Shown here: in pieces, positions 1-7,539 of the stretch
How the letters are laid out: the number at the start of each line of letters is the position of its first letter
How positions within the stretch are numbered: the stretch's first letter is position 1
NCBI GenBank assembly: GCA_965648905.1
Contig: CBFGIT010000030.1
Location: 1 to 29,518, forward strand
Length of the DNA stretch: 29,518 nt
Reading direction: 5' to 3'
From: a candidate division WOR-3 bacterium
GTDB taxonomy: Bacteria > Hydrothermota > Tepidihabitantia > Tepidihabitantales > Tepidihabitantaceae
Made by a program: the position numbers and the translations under genes
The notes under the pieces: generated by a model
The model's input: the letters and a program-made list of their open reading frames with translations, nothing else
Databases searched by the model: none
Told to the model about the DNA's origin: nothing

Positions 1-27
1 TTCTCCTTTCGGTAACGAAGATAGTAT
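1..27 (-). promoter_or_regulatory. Probable -10 box and RBS of a divergent gene that starts outside the window
   Basis: The minus strand reads TATACT (28..23) and GAAAGGAGAA (10..1). Confidence 0.45.
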
Positions 28-132
28 ATGAATCGCCTGGGTAGCTGCTATTGTTGGCGCGACCGTGACGAACTAGGGACCTGAGGCAACGGGTCGGTCT
101 CGGGTAGATTATTTCTGAGGCAACGCGCGGAT

Positions 133-161
133 TTGACTGCGCAGCAGGACGACGATAATAT
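133..161 (+). promoter_or_regulatory. Sigma70-type promoter of the DUF2723 gene
   Basis: TTGACT(133-138)-17 bp-TAATAT(156-161), with an overlapping GATAAT; RBS CAGGAGG at 244-250. Confidence 0.55.
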
Positions 162-258
162 GACCGGTTGATGTCATTCACCGGCAGCGGTTCGGCCCTT
201 CCGCCGTTCGCAATCTCGTTCAGATGTGTACGCCCAACCCAGTCAGGAGGTCCAGTTG

Positions 259-3105
259 ATGAACGACCGTAGACTCCGTCTCGTTCTCTTTTTCGCGGTG
301 ATAGCGGTCGTCGGCGCGGCGTATCTGTACAGCGTTGCGCCAACCGCCTCGTTCTGGGACTGCGGCGAGCTGATCGCTGTCTCGTACATCATGGGTGTAC
401 CGCACCCGCCCGGAACGCCTCTATTTGTCACCATCGGTCGTATCTTCTCAATGCTGCCTCTGGGACCTGAGTACGCTTTTCGTGTCAATCTCATTCCGGT
501 GCTGTTCGGCGCACTCTCGTGCGGCATTATCTACTTGCTGGTACTGAAGCTGATTTCGCTCTATGGCGGTGGCGAGCGCGAGCGGTTCCGCTGGCTGCCG
601 CACGTGTCCGGCGTGTTCGCGGCGCTGGCGTGCGGGTTCGCTTACTCGTACTGGGACAACTGTGTCGAGGCTGAGGTATACGGGCCATGCGTGGTCGTGG
701 CGCTGTCGGTGCTGTACATGGCGCTGGTCTGGCGCGAGCGGGCCGAAGCGGGTGGCGACAACCGGCTGATACTTGCGGCCATCTTCCTGCTCTTTTTGTC
801 TACCGGGATTCATTTCACGCCGATGATGACCGTGTTTGCAGTCCTCGTCTTTGCTCTGGTCGTTGACCGTCAGTCGGTCCTTCAACTGCGGCTTTTTGAG
901 CTAATTGGCGGCTACCTCATCATTCTGACTGCCGGCGAGATGGGACTGAAGCCGGGCACATTCGTCACCGTGCTGCTGATGCTGGCGGCGATGTGGTACG
1001 GCATCAGGGTCATCGAGGACTCAGACCGGTGGTGGAAAGAGATGCTCGGGCTCTGTCTGCTCGGGATGGTTTTTGTCATCGGCTACGTTGCAGCCGGGAA
1101 CCGCATCATGGACGATACGGTGCTCTTCCTGGCCTCGCCGACGGTCGCGTTCATCGAGCGCTGGGTGCAGTCGCCTGTGCTCGTGGTGCTGTTTGCCTTT
1201 GGGTATGGCGGCTATCTGTACTGGCTGCACCGGCAGGGTCGGCTCAGCCCGAAGTACGTCCTGTTGATGCTTGGTCTGGTCTTTCTTGCCGGTACGGTTC
1301 AGTTCATCATGCTCATCCGTGCCCGGCTCGCGCCGAGCATCAACGAAGTTGACCCGTCGAGATGGCGCGACTTCGTATCAGTGCTGAAACGCGAGCAGTA
1401 CGACCCGATGAAGCTGTTTCCGCGCAAGACCCAGTTCCTCACCGAGCAGGACTGGCGGATGAACGAGAATGCCCGGTTCAGCCTGGCGGTCGCCTACTTC
1501 GAGCAGGTGAAGTTCTATCTGCGCTACTTCTTCTGGCAGTGGGGCAATGAACGGTTCTTCGATATCTTCCTCGGCATCAAGTGGCAGGCGCTGCTCGGGC
1601 TGATTCCGCCACTCATCGGCATCTGGGGAATGTGGCATCAGTTCAAGCACGAGAAGCGTTCGTTCGTGCTCATCATGGTGGCGTTTCTGGTCGCTTCAGT
1701 CGGGCTGATTACCTATCTCAACCTCAAGTACTCGCCGTCGGACCCGCGGCGCGGGGACCCAGCTCAGGGCAAACTCGGCTTCCTTGAAGTTCGTGAGCGA
1801 GACTACTTCTACGCGTTCTCGTTCGTCTTTTTCACCATCTTCATCGGCGTGGGTGCGTACGCACTGCTGCGTCGGGTTCAGGACCTGGTGCGTTCGCGTC
1901 GGTGGCCGATGCGGGCAGTGGGGGCCGTGCTTACCATTTTCGGGTTCGTGCCGATGGTCTTGAACTACCAGACCGTTACCCGGCGCCATAACTGGATACC
2001 GGCAGAGTACGGCTACAACATGCTTGTCTCCTGTCCGGGAGAGAAGGCGGTCATCTTCACTAACGGCGACAACGACACGTTCCCACTCTGGTTCATGCAG
2101 ACCGTGCCGTCGCGCATCGCAGGCTATGATGCGACGTTCGGTAAGAACGTCTCGGTCGCCAACCTGTCGCTTCTGAACACGGCCTGGTACTGCAAACAGA
2201 TGAAGCGCTGGGGCGCGCCGATATCATTCACTGAGGCGGAGATTGAGAAGCTGCCTCAGGGTTTTCAGGGACGAGGCGGCCGAACCTTCCTGCTTAAGGA
2301 CGTGATGATCCGCGACATCGTTGCCACCAGTGCCGGCATCAAGCTGAAGTGGCCGGACGACTACGGTTCGACCGCTGAGGAGTTCATGAACAAGGTATTC
2401 CGGGCCGGCCAATACAGTCCCCGAAACCCGGTGTACTTTGCGACCACGGTGTCGCGGGACAATCTGCGTGACGTCGAGCCGTTCCTCCGACTTGAAGGGT
2501 TGGTGAATCGGGTGGTCGGTCAGGAGGGTTTGAATCAGGTTGACGTTGAGCGCACACGCCATCTGCTCTACGATGTGTATCAGATGAAGTCGATGACCGA
2601 CCGGCGCGTTGAGAAAGACGACAACACCCGGGGCCTGCTCATCAACTACGCGGCGAGCTATCTGGCCCTGGCTGGCGAGTACCAGAAGGCGGGCCGCAAT
2701 CGTGATGCTCAGGAAGTTCTGATGACGGCGCTGAAGTTCGACCTCGACCCGGACCGAAAAGTGCCGCTTTTCTACCACACTTCGATTTTCGCGACACTCA
2801 GCGGTGATTATGACGTCGCGCTTGCCTGCCTTGACTCGGTCGAGGCGCGCGGGTTCCGCGATGCCGAGCTCTCGATTCGCCGTGGGATTGCCTATCACGG
2901 CAAGGGCGAACTCGACAAGGCCGAGAAGGCCTACCGCGACGCTGCGCTTCAGGATGGGTCACGGTCTGAGCCGGTTCAGGCGTTGTTCCGGCTCTACCTT
3001 GAAGACCTGTATGACACCAACCGGGCGCGAGCCCTGATGCAGGACTGGCTGCGGCGCAATCCGGGTGACTCAACCGCCCATCAGATGCTCAGGGACATCT
3101 CCTAG
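259..3105 (+). CDS. DUF2723 / TMEM260-like GT-C membrane glycosyltransferase with C-terminal TPR repeats
   Basis: Motifs SFWDCGE, HPPGTPL, EAEVY, RERDYFY and GDNDTFPLW; many TM helices; TPR-like helices at the C-terminus. Start moved to ATG 259 because of the RBS at 244-250. Confidence 0.88.
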   Translation: MNDRRLRLVLFFAVIAVVGAAYLYSVAPTASFWDCGELIAVSYIMGVPHPPGTPLFVTIGRIFSMLPLGPEYAFRVNLIPVLFGALSCGIIYLLVLKLISLYGGGERERFRWLPHVSGVFAALACGFAYSYWDNCVEAEVYGPCVVVALSVLYMALVWRERAEAGGDNRLILAAIFLLFLSTGIHFTPMMTVFAVLVFALVVDRQSVLQLRLFELIGGYLIILTAGEMGLKPGTFVTVLLMLAAMWYGIRVIEDSDRWWKEMLGLCLLGMVFVIGYVAAGNRIMDDTVLFLASPTVAFIERWVQSPVLVVLFAFGYGGYLYWLHRQGRLSPKYVLLMLGLVFLAGTVQFIMLIRARLAPSINEVDPSRWRDFVSVLKREQYDPMKLFPRKTQFLTEQDWRMNENARFSLAVAYFEQVKFYLRYFFWQWGNERFFDIFLGIKWQALLGLIPPLIGIWGMWHQFKHEKRSFVLIMVAFLVASVGLITYLNLKYSPSDPRRGDPAQGKLGFLEVRERDYFYAFSFVFFTIFIGVGAYALLRRVQDLVRSRRWPMRAVGAVLTIFGFVPMVLNYQTVTRRHNWIPAEYGYNMLVSCPGEKAVIFTNGDNDTFPLWFMQTVPSRIAGYDATFGKNVSVANLSLLNTAWYCKQMKRWGAPISFTEAEIEKLPQGFQGRGGRTFLLKDVMIRDIVATSAGIKLKWPDDYGSTAEEFMNKVFRAGQYSPRNPVYFATTVSRDNLRDVEPFLRLEGLVNRVVGQEGLNQVDVERTRHLLYDVYQMKSMTDRRVEKDDNTRGLLINYAASYLALAGEYQKAGRNRDAQEVLMTALKFDLDPDRKVPLFYHTSIFATLSGDYDVALACLDSVEARGFRDAELSIRRGIAYHGKGELDKAEKAYRDAALQDGSRSEPVQALFRLYLEDLYDTNRARALMQDWLRRNPGDSTAHQMLRDIS

Positions 3106-3135
3106 GGCAGGGTTGGCTGGAAAGGGGAACGCGTC

Positions 3136-3465
3136 GTGCACGAGCTGGCAATCACCCGGAGCATGCTGAACCAGGTTCTTGCCACGGCTCGGGAGCACGG
3201 CGCGGGCCGGGTGACAGGCATCAGACTGCTGGTCGGCGAAGCAGCCGGGGTGGTTCCCGACTGCGTTCAGTTCTACTTTGACCAGATGAAAAGTGGGACT
3301 TGTGCGGCTGATGCGAGACTTGAGTTCCGCACTGCTGAACTGCGGCTCCGTTGCCCGGCGTGCGGTGGCGAGTTCTCAGGAATCGAAGACCTGTGTCCCT
3401 GCAACGCCGGCGCGGAAGTAGTCTCCGGCCAGGAACTGACAGTTGAGAGCATCGAAGTCGAGTAG
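3136..3465 (+). CDS. hypA: Hydrogenase maturation nickel metallochaperone HypA
   Basis: N-terminal MHE Ni-binding motif, CPAC zinc motif, C-terminal GQELTVESIEVE; purine-rich RBS before the GTG. Confidence 0.92.
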   Translation: MHELAITRSMLNQVLATAREHGAGRVTGIRLLVGEAAGVVPDCVQFYFDQMKSGTCAADARLEFRTAELRLRCPACGGEFSGIEDLCPCNAGAEVVSGQELTVESIEVE

Positions 3466-3479
3466 CGCGGAGTTGCACT

Positions 3480-3962
3480 ATGGCTAAGGGTTTCGTGACT
3501 CTGGGGCTGGTGTGTCTTGTCGCTGTTGCCCAGTGGCATGGGGTTTATCACGACTCGCCGCTGGCACTCAAAGTCAGGCCCGACCGAGCACGCTACCACC
3601 CGGCCGACACCTTCCGCATCACGGTTACTGCGACCAACACCAGTGACCGGCCTGTACTCTTGCGCCGGAACTGGCGCGAGCAGCTTGTTTTCTACCACCT
3701 CAATCCGCTGGACAGCTTCATGGTCGAGTGGCCGGGCCGCGTGAACACCGCTACCTGGCTCAAGCCGGACGATACAGTGCTGGTCAGACCCGGGCAGAGC
3801 TACTCGTTCTCCCGGCTGGTCTATGTTTTCATTCCCGAAGATACACTGCCGTTCCAGTTCCGCGTCAAGCTTGTCGGCGTCAAGGATTACGGCAGGGTGT
3901 TCGCTACCTGGCAGGGCGAGGTCTGGTCGCCTGCGGTACGAATCAACCTGTCGTCTCGCTGA
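3480..3962 (+). CDS. Secreted beta-sandwich (Ig-like) hypothetical protein
   Basis: Signal peptide ending AVA-Q; Ig-like pattern FRITVTATNTSDRPV...VRPGQSYSF; starts 14 bp after hypA. Confidence 0.7.
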   Translation: MAKGFVTLGLVCLVAVAQWHGVYHDSPLALKVRPDRARYHPADTFRITVTATNTSDRPVLLRRNWREQLVFYHLNPLDSFMVEWPGRVNTATWLKPDDTVLVRPGQSYSFSRLVYVFIPEDTLPFQFRVKLVGVKDYGRVFATWQGEVWSPAVRINLSSR

Positions 3963-4441
3963 TTCACTCAGGCTCGGTTGCTGCTGCCCGTCACTGAGGG
4001 CTGCGGTTGACGGCCTAAGTTGGCTTGCGGAACCATTGGGAACGTTACCCGGACACGATGATGTCCGTGCATCTGGCCATACCACAGAACACCGATGAAC
4101 ATGACGGAGGTCGTTGAGCAAGTCGCGTGCAGAGCGGTTGCAGCGTGCAAAGCGGGCAGGCCTTCGGTCGTGCAGTCGTAGGTCGAGTCAGTTGGGCGGC
4201 CCACAACCCAGCCGCACGTCGCAATGGCAACCATGCGTATGAGGGCGAGTGATGGCGGAGGCCAGAGGGGACAGGCAAGCGCAGGCGCAATCGTGCGCAG
4301 GATTCTGTGAACGGCGATTGCGCTGATTCCGGCAGGTCATATGGTGCGGACTACCCCGGGAACGCAGGAGGACTTGACAGGCCGAATCGGGCAAGCGCTT
4401 GAGTGCTCGGCAGTTAGGTTGATTCCGTCCCCTTCAGCGGA

Positions 4442-4459
4442 TTGTAGCAAGTGCTACAA
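4442..4459. promoter_or_regulatory. Palindromic operator-like site TTGTAGCA-AG-TGCTACAA
   Basis: Perfect 8-bp inverted repeat, AT-rich for this genome, about 50 bp upstream of the marR -35 box. Confidence 0.55.
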
Positions 4460-4510
4460 CACTGTGCGCTGGTTTCGTCACTGTCGAACGAGGCGCTGCG
4501 TAGGCAGACG

Positions 4511-4538
4511 TTGACATGGCGCGACAATCAGCGATAAT
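4511..4538 (+). promoter_or_regulatory. Sigma70-type promoter of the MarR gene
   Basis: TTGACA-16 bp-GATAAT. Confidence 0.6.
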
Positions 4539-4543
4539 CGGAT

Positions 4544-5008
4544 GTGCCGTCGAGAGTGAAAGAAAGACTCTATCTGGGCCGGCTGGAGTGGCTCGGGCCG
4601 ATACTGGTTCGAGGACTAGGGCTGCTGAGCTCAGTTGAGGCGCTGGGCGTTGATTTCTCGTTCTCTCAGGCGATGGTATTGCAGGCGTTGCTGATTCACC
4701 GCGAGATGCGAATGAACGACCTGGCCCGGTTTCTCGGGCTGACCAAGGCTAACGCCACTGGTCTGGTTGACCGGCTGGTGAAACGGGGGCTGGTCGTGCG
4801 GGAGCCGGGTGTTGACGACCGGCGAGTGGTGCGGGTACACCTGACGCGGTCAGGCGTGTGCACGGCCCGGCGTCTTGCGGCAGTGCAGCGTCAGGGCTTG
4901 GTTCGGATGATGCGGCGCATTCCGGAAAAGAGGCTGGCCGTGTTCATGGACACGCTCGAGCAGTTGGCGCTGGGCCTAGCCGAAGCCCGGGCCGACAGCA
5001 GAAGCTGA
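4544..5008 (+). CDS. MarR family transcriptional regulator
   Basis: Winged HTH: DLARFLGLTKANATGLVDRLVKRGLV...DDRRVVRVHLT. An alternative GTG start lies at 4556. Confidence 0.9.
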   Translation: MPSRVKERLYLGRLEWLGPILVRGLGLLSSVEALGVDFSFSQAMVLQALLIHREMRMNDLARFLGLTKANATGLVDRLVKRGLVVREPGVDDRRVVRVHLTRSGVCTARRLAAVQRQGLVRMMRRIPEKRLAVFMDTLEQLALGLAEARADSRS

Positions 5009-5021
5009 CGACCCGGGCGCA

Positions 5022-5093
5022 CTGGGGGATAGGGATTCGAACCCCAACTAGCTGGTCCAGAGCCAGCCGTCCTGCCAGTTAGACGATCCCCCA
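5022..5093 (-). tRNA. tRNA-Gln (anticodon CTG); CCA end not encoded
   Basis: Minus strand TGGGGGA...TCCCCCA acceptor stem plus G discriminator; anticodon arm GCTGG-CTCTGGA-CCAGC; T-loop GGTTCGAATCC. Confidence 0.95.
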
Positions 5094-5106
5094 ACAGAAC
5101 GGGCAA

Positions 5107-5134
5107 AGGATAGACAAGGTCGGGCAGAAGTCAA
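5107..5134 (-). promoter_or_regulatory. Promoter of tRNA-Gln
   Basis: TTGACT-16 bp-TATCCT, ending 13 nt before the tRNA 5' end. Confidence 0.6.
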
Positions 5135-5190
5135 GGCGCACCGCGGTCTTGAGTCCGACGTTGCGGGTTCGGTCCTCCTGCGTTCTGCGG

Positions 5191-5805
5191 TCAGAAGTGA
5201 TAGGTGATAGTTCCTTCTGTATCGGTTACCAGCTTCTGCGCCAGCATCGAGGCGATGACTTGTTCGACCTCCTGCCGGGACAGTTTCTTCTGATACAGTG
5301 CCGAGATGCTTTGAGCCAGCGTCCTGCGGCGGCGCGGTCGTGCCCGTTTCTCGAGCCGGCCGAGGAGTTCCACGACTCGTCGCACCTTCTGGTCATCTTG
5401 GACCGGCGGCGGGTGGTGCGCACGTTGGGGTTGATGCAGCTCGTGTAACCCTGTGATACGCCGACACTTGAGGCCGTTTTCGTCAAGGTACCTGAGTAAT
5501 GGGTCAAAGCCCCGGTCCTTGGACAGCACGATGCACTCGGGCTTGTGTGGTTTGTCCATTACGCGACCGAGGTAGAAGGCGATGAAGAAGTCGAGTGCAT
5601 TTCGGCCCTCGCCTGACACCTTGTGCCATTCGATTCGGCTGCCGAGCTGCTGGGCCTTGGTTACGAGCTCGAAGGGTACGCTCTTCTGGTTCGTGCCGAC
5701 GAAGATCACCACACGATAGCTCTCGTCGAGCCGGGCCAGCTCGACCTGCTGGACGTTTTCGAAGTCGACCAGCAGCAGCCTGGTTTGGTCACTGGTTCGA
5801 TTCAT
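5191..5805 (-). CDS. PIN-like (PIN7/NYN-type) nuclease-domain protein with a small C-terminal helical domain
   Basis: Acidic PIN motifs LLVDFENVQ, GRNALDFFIAFYLG and LSKDRGFDPL; RBS GAGGTG. Confidence 0.8.
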   Translation of the reverse strand: MNRTSDQTRLLLVDFENVQQVELARLDESYRVVIFVGTNQKSVPFELVTKAQQLGSRIEWHKVSGEGRNALDFFIAFYLGRVMDKPHKPECIVLSKDRGFDPLLRYLDENGLKCRRITGLHELHQPQRAHHPPPVQDDQKVRRVVELLGRLEKRARPRRRRTLAQSISALYQKKLSRQEVEQVIASMLAQKLVTDTEGTITYHF

Positions 5806-5860
5806 GACACCTCGTTTTCTGGCGCTTTGCTGTTCGTGCCATCTCGTACTTCACTTCTGC

Positions 5861-5889
5861 AGTCTAGGTTGACACCGGGCGTATGTCAA
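5861..5889 (-). promoter_or_regulatory. Promoter of the PIN-domain gene
   Basis: TTGACA-17 bp-TAGACT on the minus strand. Confidence 0.55.
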
Positions 5890-5958
5890 GGTTTGACGGG
5901 CGGTTGTTGTCTGGGTTTCCCCGGCGTCTTTGGCGTCGATTCCCGATTCAGGCATCAA

Positions 5959-5988
5959 TTGACAGATGGCGGTGTGTGACTGTAACAT
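5959..5988 (+). promoter_or_regulatory. Promoter of pepA
   Basis: TTGACA-18 bp-TAACAT; RBS AAAGGAG before GTG 6026. Confidence 0.5.
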
Positions 5989-6025
5989 TGACGCTCAGGC
6001 AAGATAAAGACCCAAAGGAGACCAT

Positions 6026-7507
6026 GTGAAGATAACGCTAATGCCCCGCAAGTCATGGACCGGACGCGTGCTGGCTGCGTTCATGCTCGAGGGCGAAAAG
6101 ACCCTGCTCGGTATGACCGCTGCTGAGAGCATGGAATTTGTCCGAGTCGCGGCCGAGGAGAAGTTTACCGGCCAGGCAAAGAAGACGTCGTTCATGCGCT
6201 ACGACTCGGGCGTGAGCAAACTGGTCCTCGTCGGGCTGGGCAGGCGGAAGGACACCACGTTGGATATCGTGCGTGCCGGTACGGCCAAGGCACTGAAGCG
6301 GGCCGAGGAAGTCGGCGCAGAGTCGGTCGGGCTGCTCTTGCCCGAGGGCAGGCTGGGGCGGCTTGAGGTCGCGGACTTTGCCTCAGCCGCAATCGAGGGC
6401 GCCATTCTGGGCAGCTATCGGTTTGCCCGGCATATGACACCTAAGCCGGATGACCCGAAGCCGGTCGCCGAGTTGGTCCTGGTTCTTGCCGGCAATCGTC
6501 CGGCGTCTGTCGGGTTGACGCGCACGGTGGATAGCGCGGTCGCTCTGGCCGATGCGGTCTGTTTCACGCGTGACTTGGTGAACGAGCCATCCAGTCTGAA
6601 GCCACCGGAGAAGATGGGTGAAATCGCCCTGACCTTGGCGCAGAAGGGGCGGGTTTCTGTCAAGGTTATGCACAAGGACGAACTCGAGAAGCTCGGCATG
6701 GGTGGGATTCTGCGGGTCGGCGCTGGTTCGCACGAGCCGCCGTGTCTTGTGCACCTGACCTACACACCAAAGGGCAAGTCCAGAAAGACCGTGGTGGTTA
6801 TCGGTAAGGGCATCACTTTTGATTCAGGCGGGCTGTCCATCAAGCCGGCCACCGGCATGGAGTACATGAAGGACGACATGGCCGGCGCGGCTTCGGTGCT
6901 CGGGTTGTTTAAGTGGCTGGGCACAGTTGAGCTGCCTGTAACCGTCCACGGGTTTGCGCCTCTGGCCGAGAACATGCCGGGCGGCGGCGCGCAGAAACCC
7001 GGTGACATCATTCGGCACTACAACGGCAAAACGGCTGAGGTTATCTCGACCGATGCCGAAGGCCGGCACCTGCTGGCCGACTGTCTTGCCTATGGTTCGA
7101 CCCTGAAACCGGACGTGATGATTGACGTGGCGACTCTGACCGGCGCCTGCGTCGTCGCGCTCGGCGATGAGTACTCGGCCCTGCTCGGCACTGACCAGAA
7201 GACGATCGACAAGCTCATCCGCCTGGGCGGGGAGCAGGGTGAGTTCTTCTGGCAGCTCCCGCTGCCCGAGCGGTACAAGGCTCAGCTCAAGAGCAGGGTT
7301 GCCGACGTGAAACACATCGGCAAGCCTGGCTCGGGCGGCACGATTACTGCGGGTCTGTTTCTGAAAGAGTTTGTCGCCGACGACGTGCCGTGGGTTCACT
7401 TTGACATCGCCGGTCCGTCGTTCACCAAGGAAGACTGGGACTATACTCCGGTCGGCGCAACCGGAATCCCGGTGCGGACTCTGGCCGCGTTCCTGCGGAG
7501 CCTCTAG
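6026..7507 (+). CDS. pepA: Leucyl aminopeptidase (M17 family)
   Basis: GKGITFDSGG, MKDDMAGAA, TDAEGR, DVATLTGAC and WVHFDIAG motifs. Confidence 0.95.
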   Translation: MKITLMPRKSWTGRVLAAFMLEGEKTLLGMTAAESMEFVRVAAEEKFTGQAKKTSFMRYDSGVSKLVLVGLGRRKDTTLDIVRAGTAKALKRAEEVGAESVGLLLPEGRLGRLEVADFASAAIEGAILGSYRFARHMTPKPDDPKPVAELVLVLAGNRPASVGLTRTVDSAVALADAVCFTRDLVNEPSSLKPPEKMGEIALTLAQKGRVSVKVMHKDELEKLGMGGILRVGAGSHEPPCLVHLTYTPKGKSRKTVVVIGKGITFDSGGLSIKPATGMEYMKDDMAGAASVLGLFKWLGTVELPVTVHGFAPLAENMPGGGAQKPGDIIRHYNGKTAEVISTDAEGRHLLADCLAYGSTLKPDVMIDVATLTGACVVALGDEYSALLGTDQKTIDKLIRLGGEQGEFFWQLPLPERYKAQLKSRVADVKHIGKPGSGGTITAGLFLKEFVADDVPWVHFDIAGPSFTKEDWDYTPVGATGIPVRTLAAFLRSL

Positions 7508-7539
7508 TGGCGATCAATTCTCGGAAGAGGAGTACAGTG

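Noticed and set aside
3960..3962. Readthrough at other TGA stops (3962, 5008, 16247, 20047)
   Set aside because: None has a preceding Cys or a SECIS-like hairpin, and the downstream sequence is non-coding or soon hits a stop.
4396..4410. CIRCE element (GAGTGCT half-site)
   Set aside because: The matching left arm TTAGCACTC at N9 spacing is absent and no chaperone gene follows.
3963..5093. Genomic island integrated at the tRNA-Gln 3' end
   Set aside because: No integrase and no duplicated tRNA 3' fragment found in the window.
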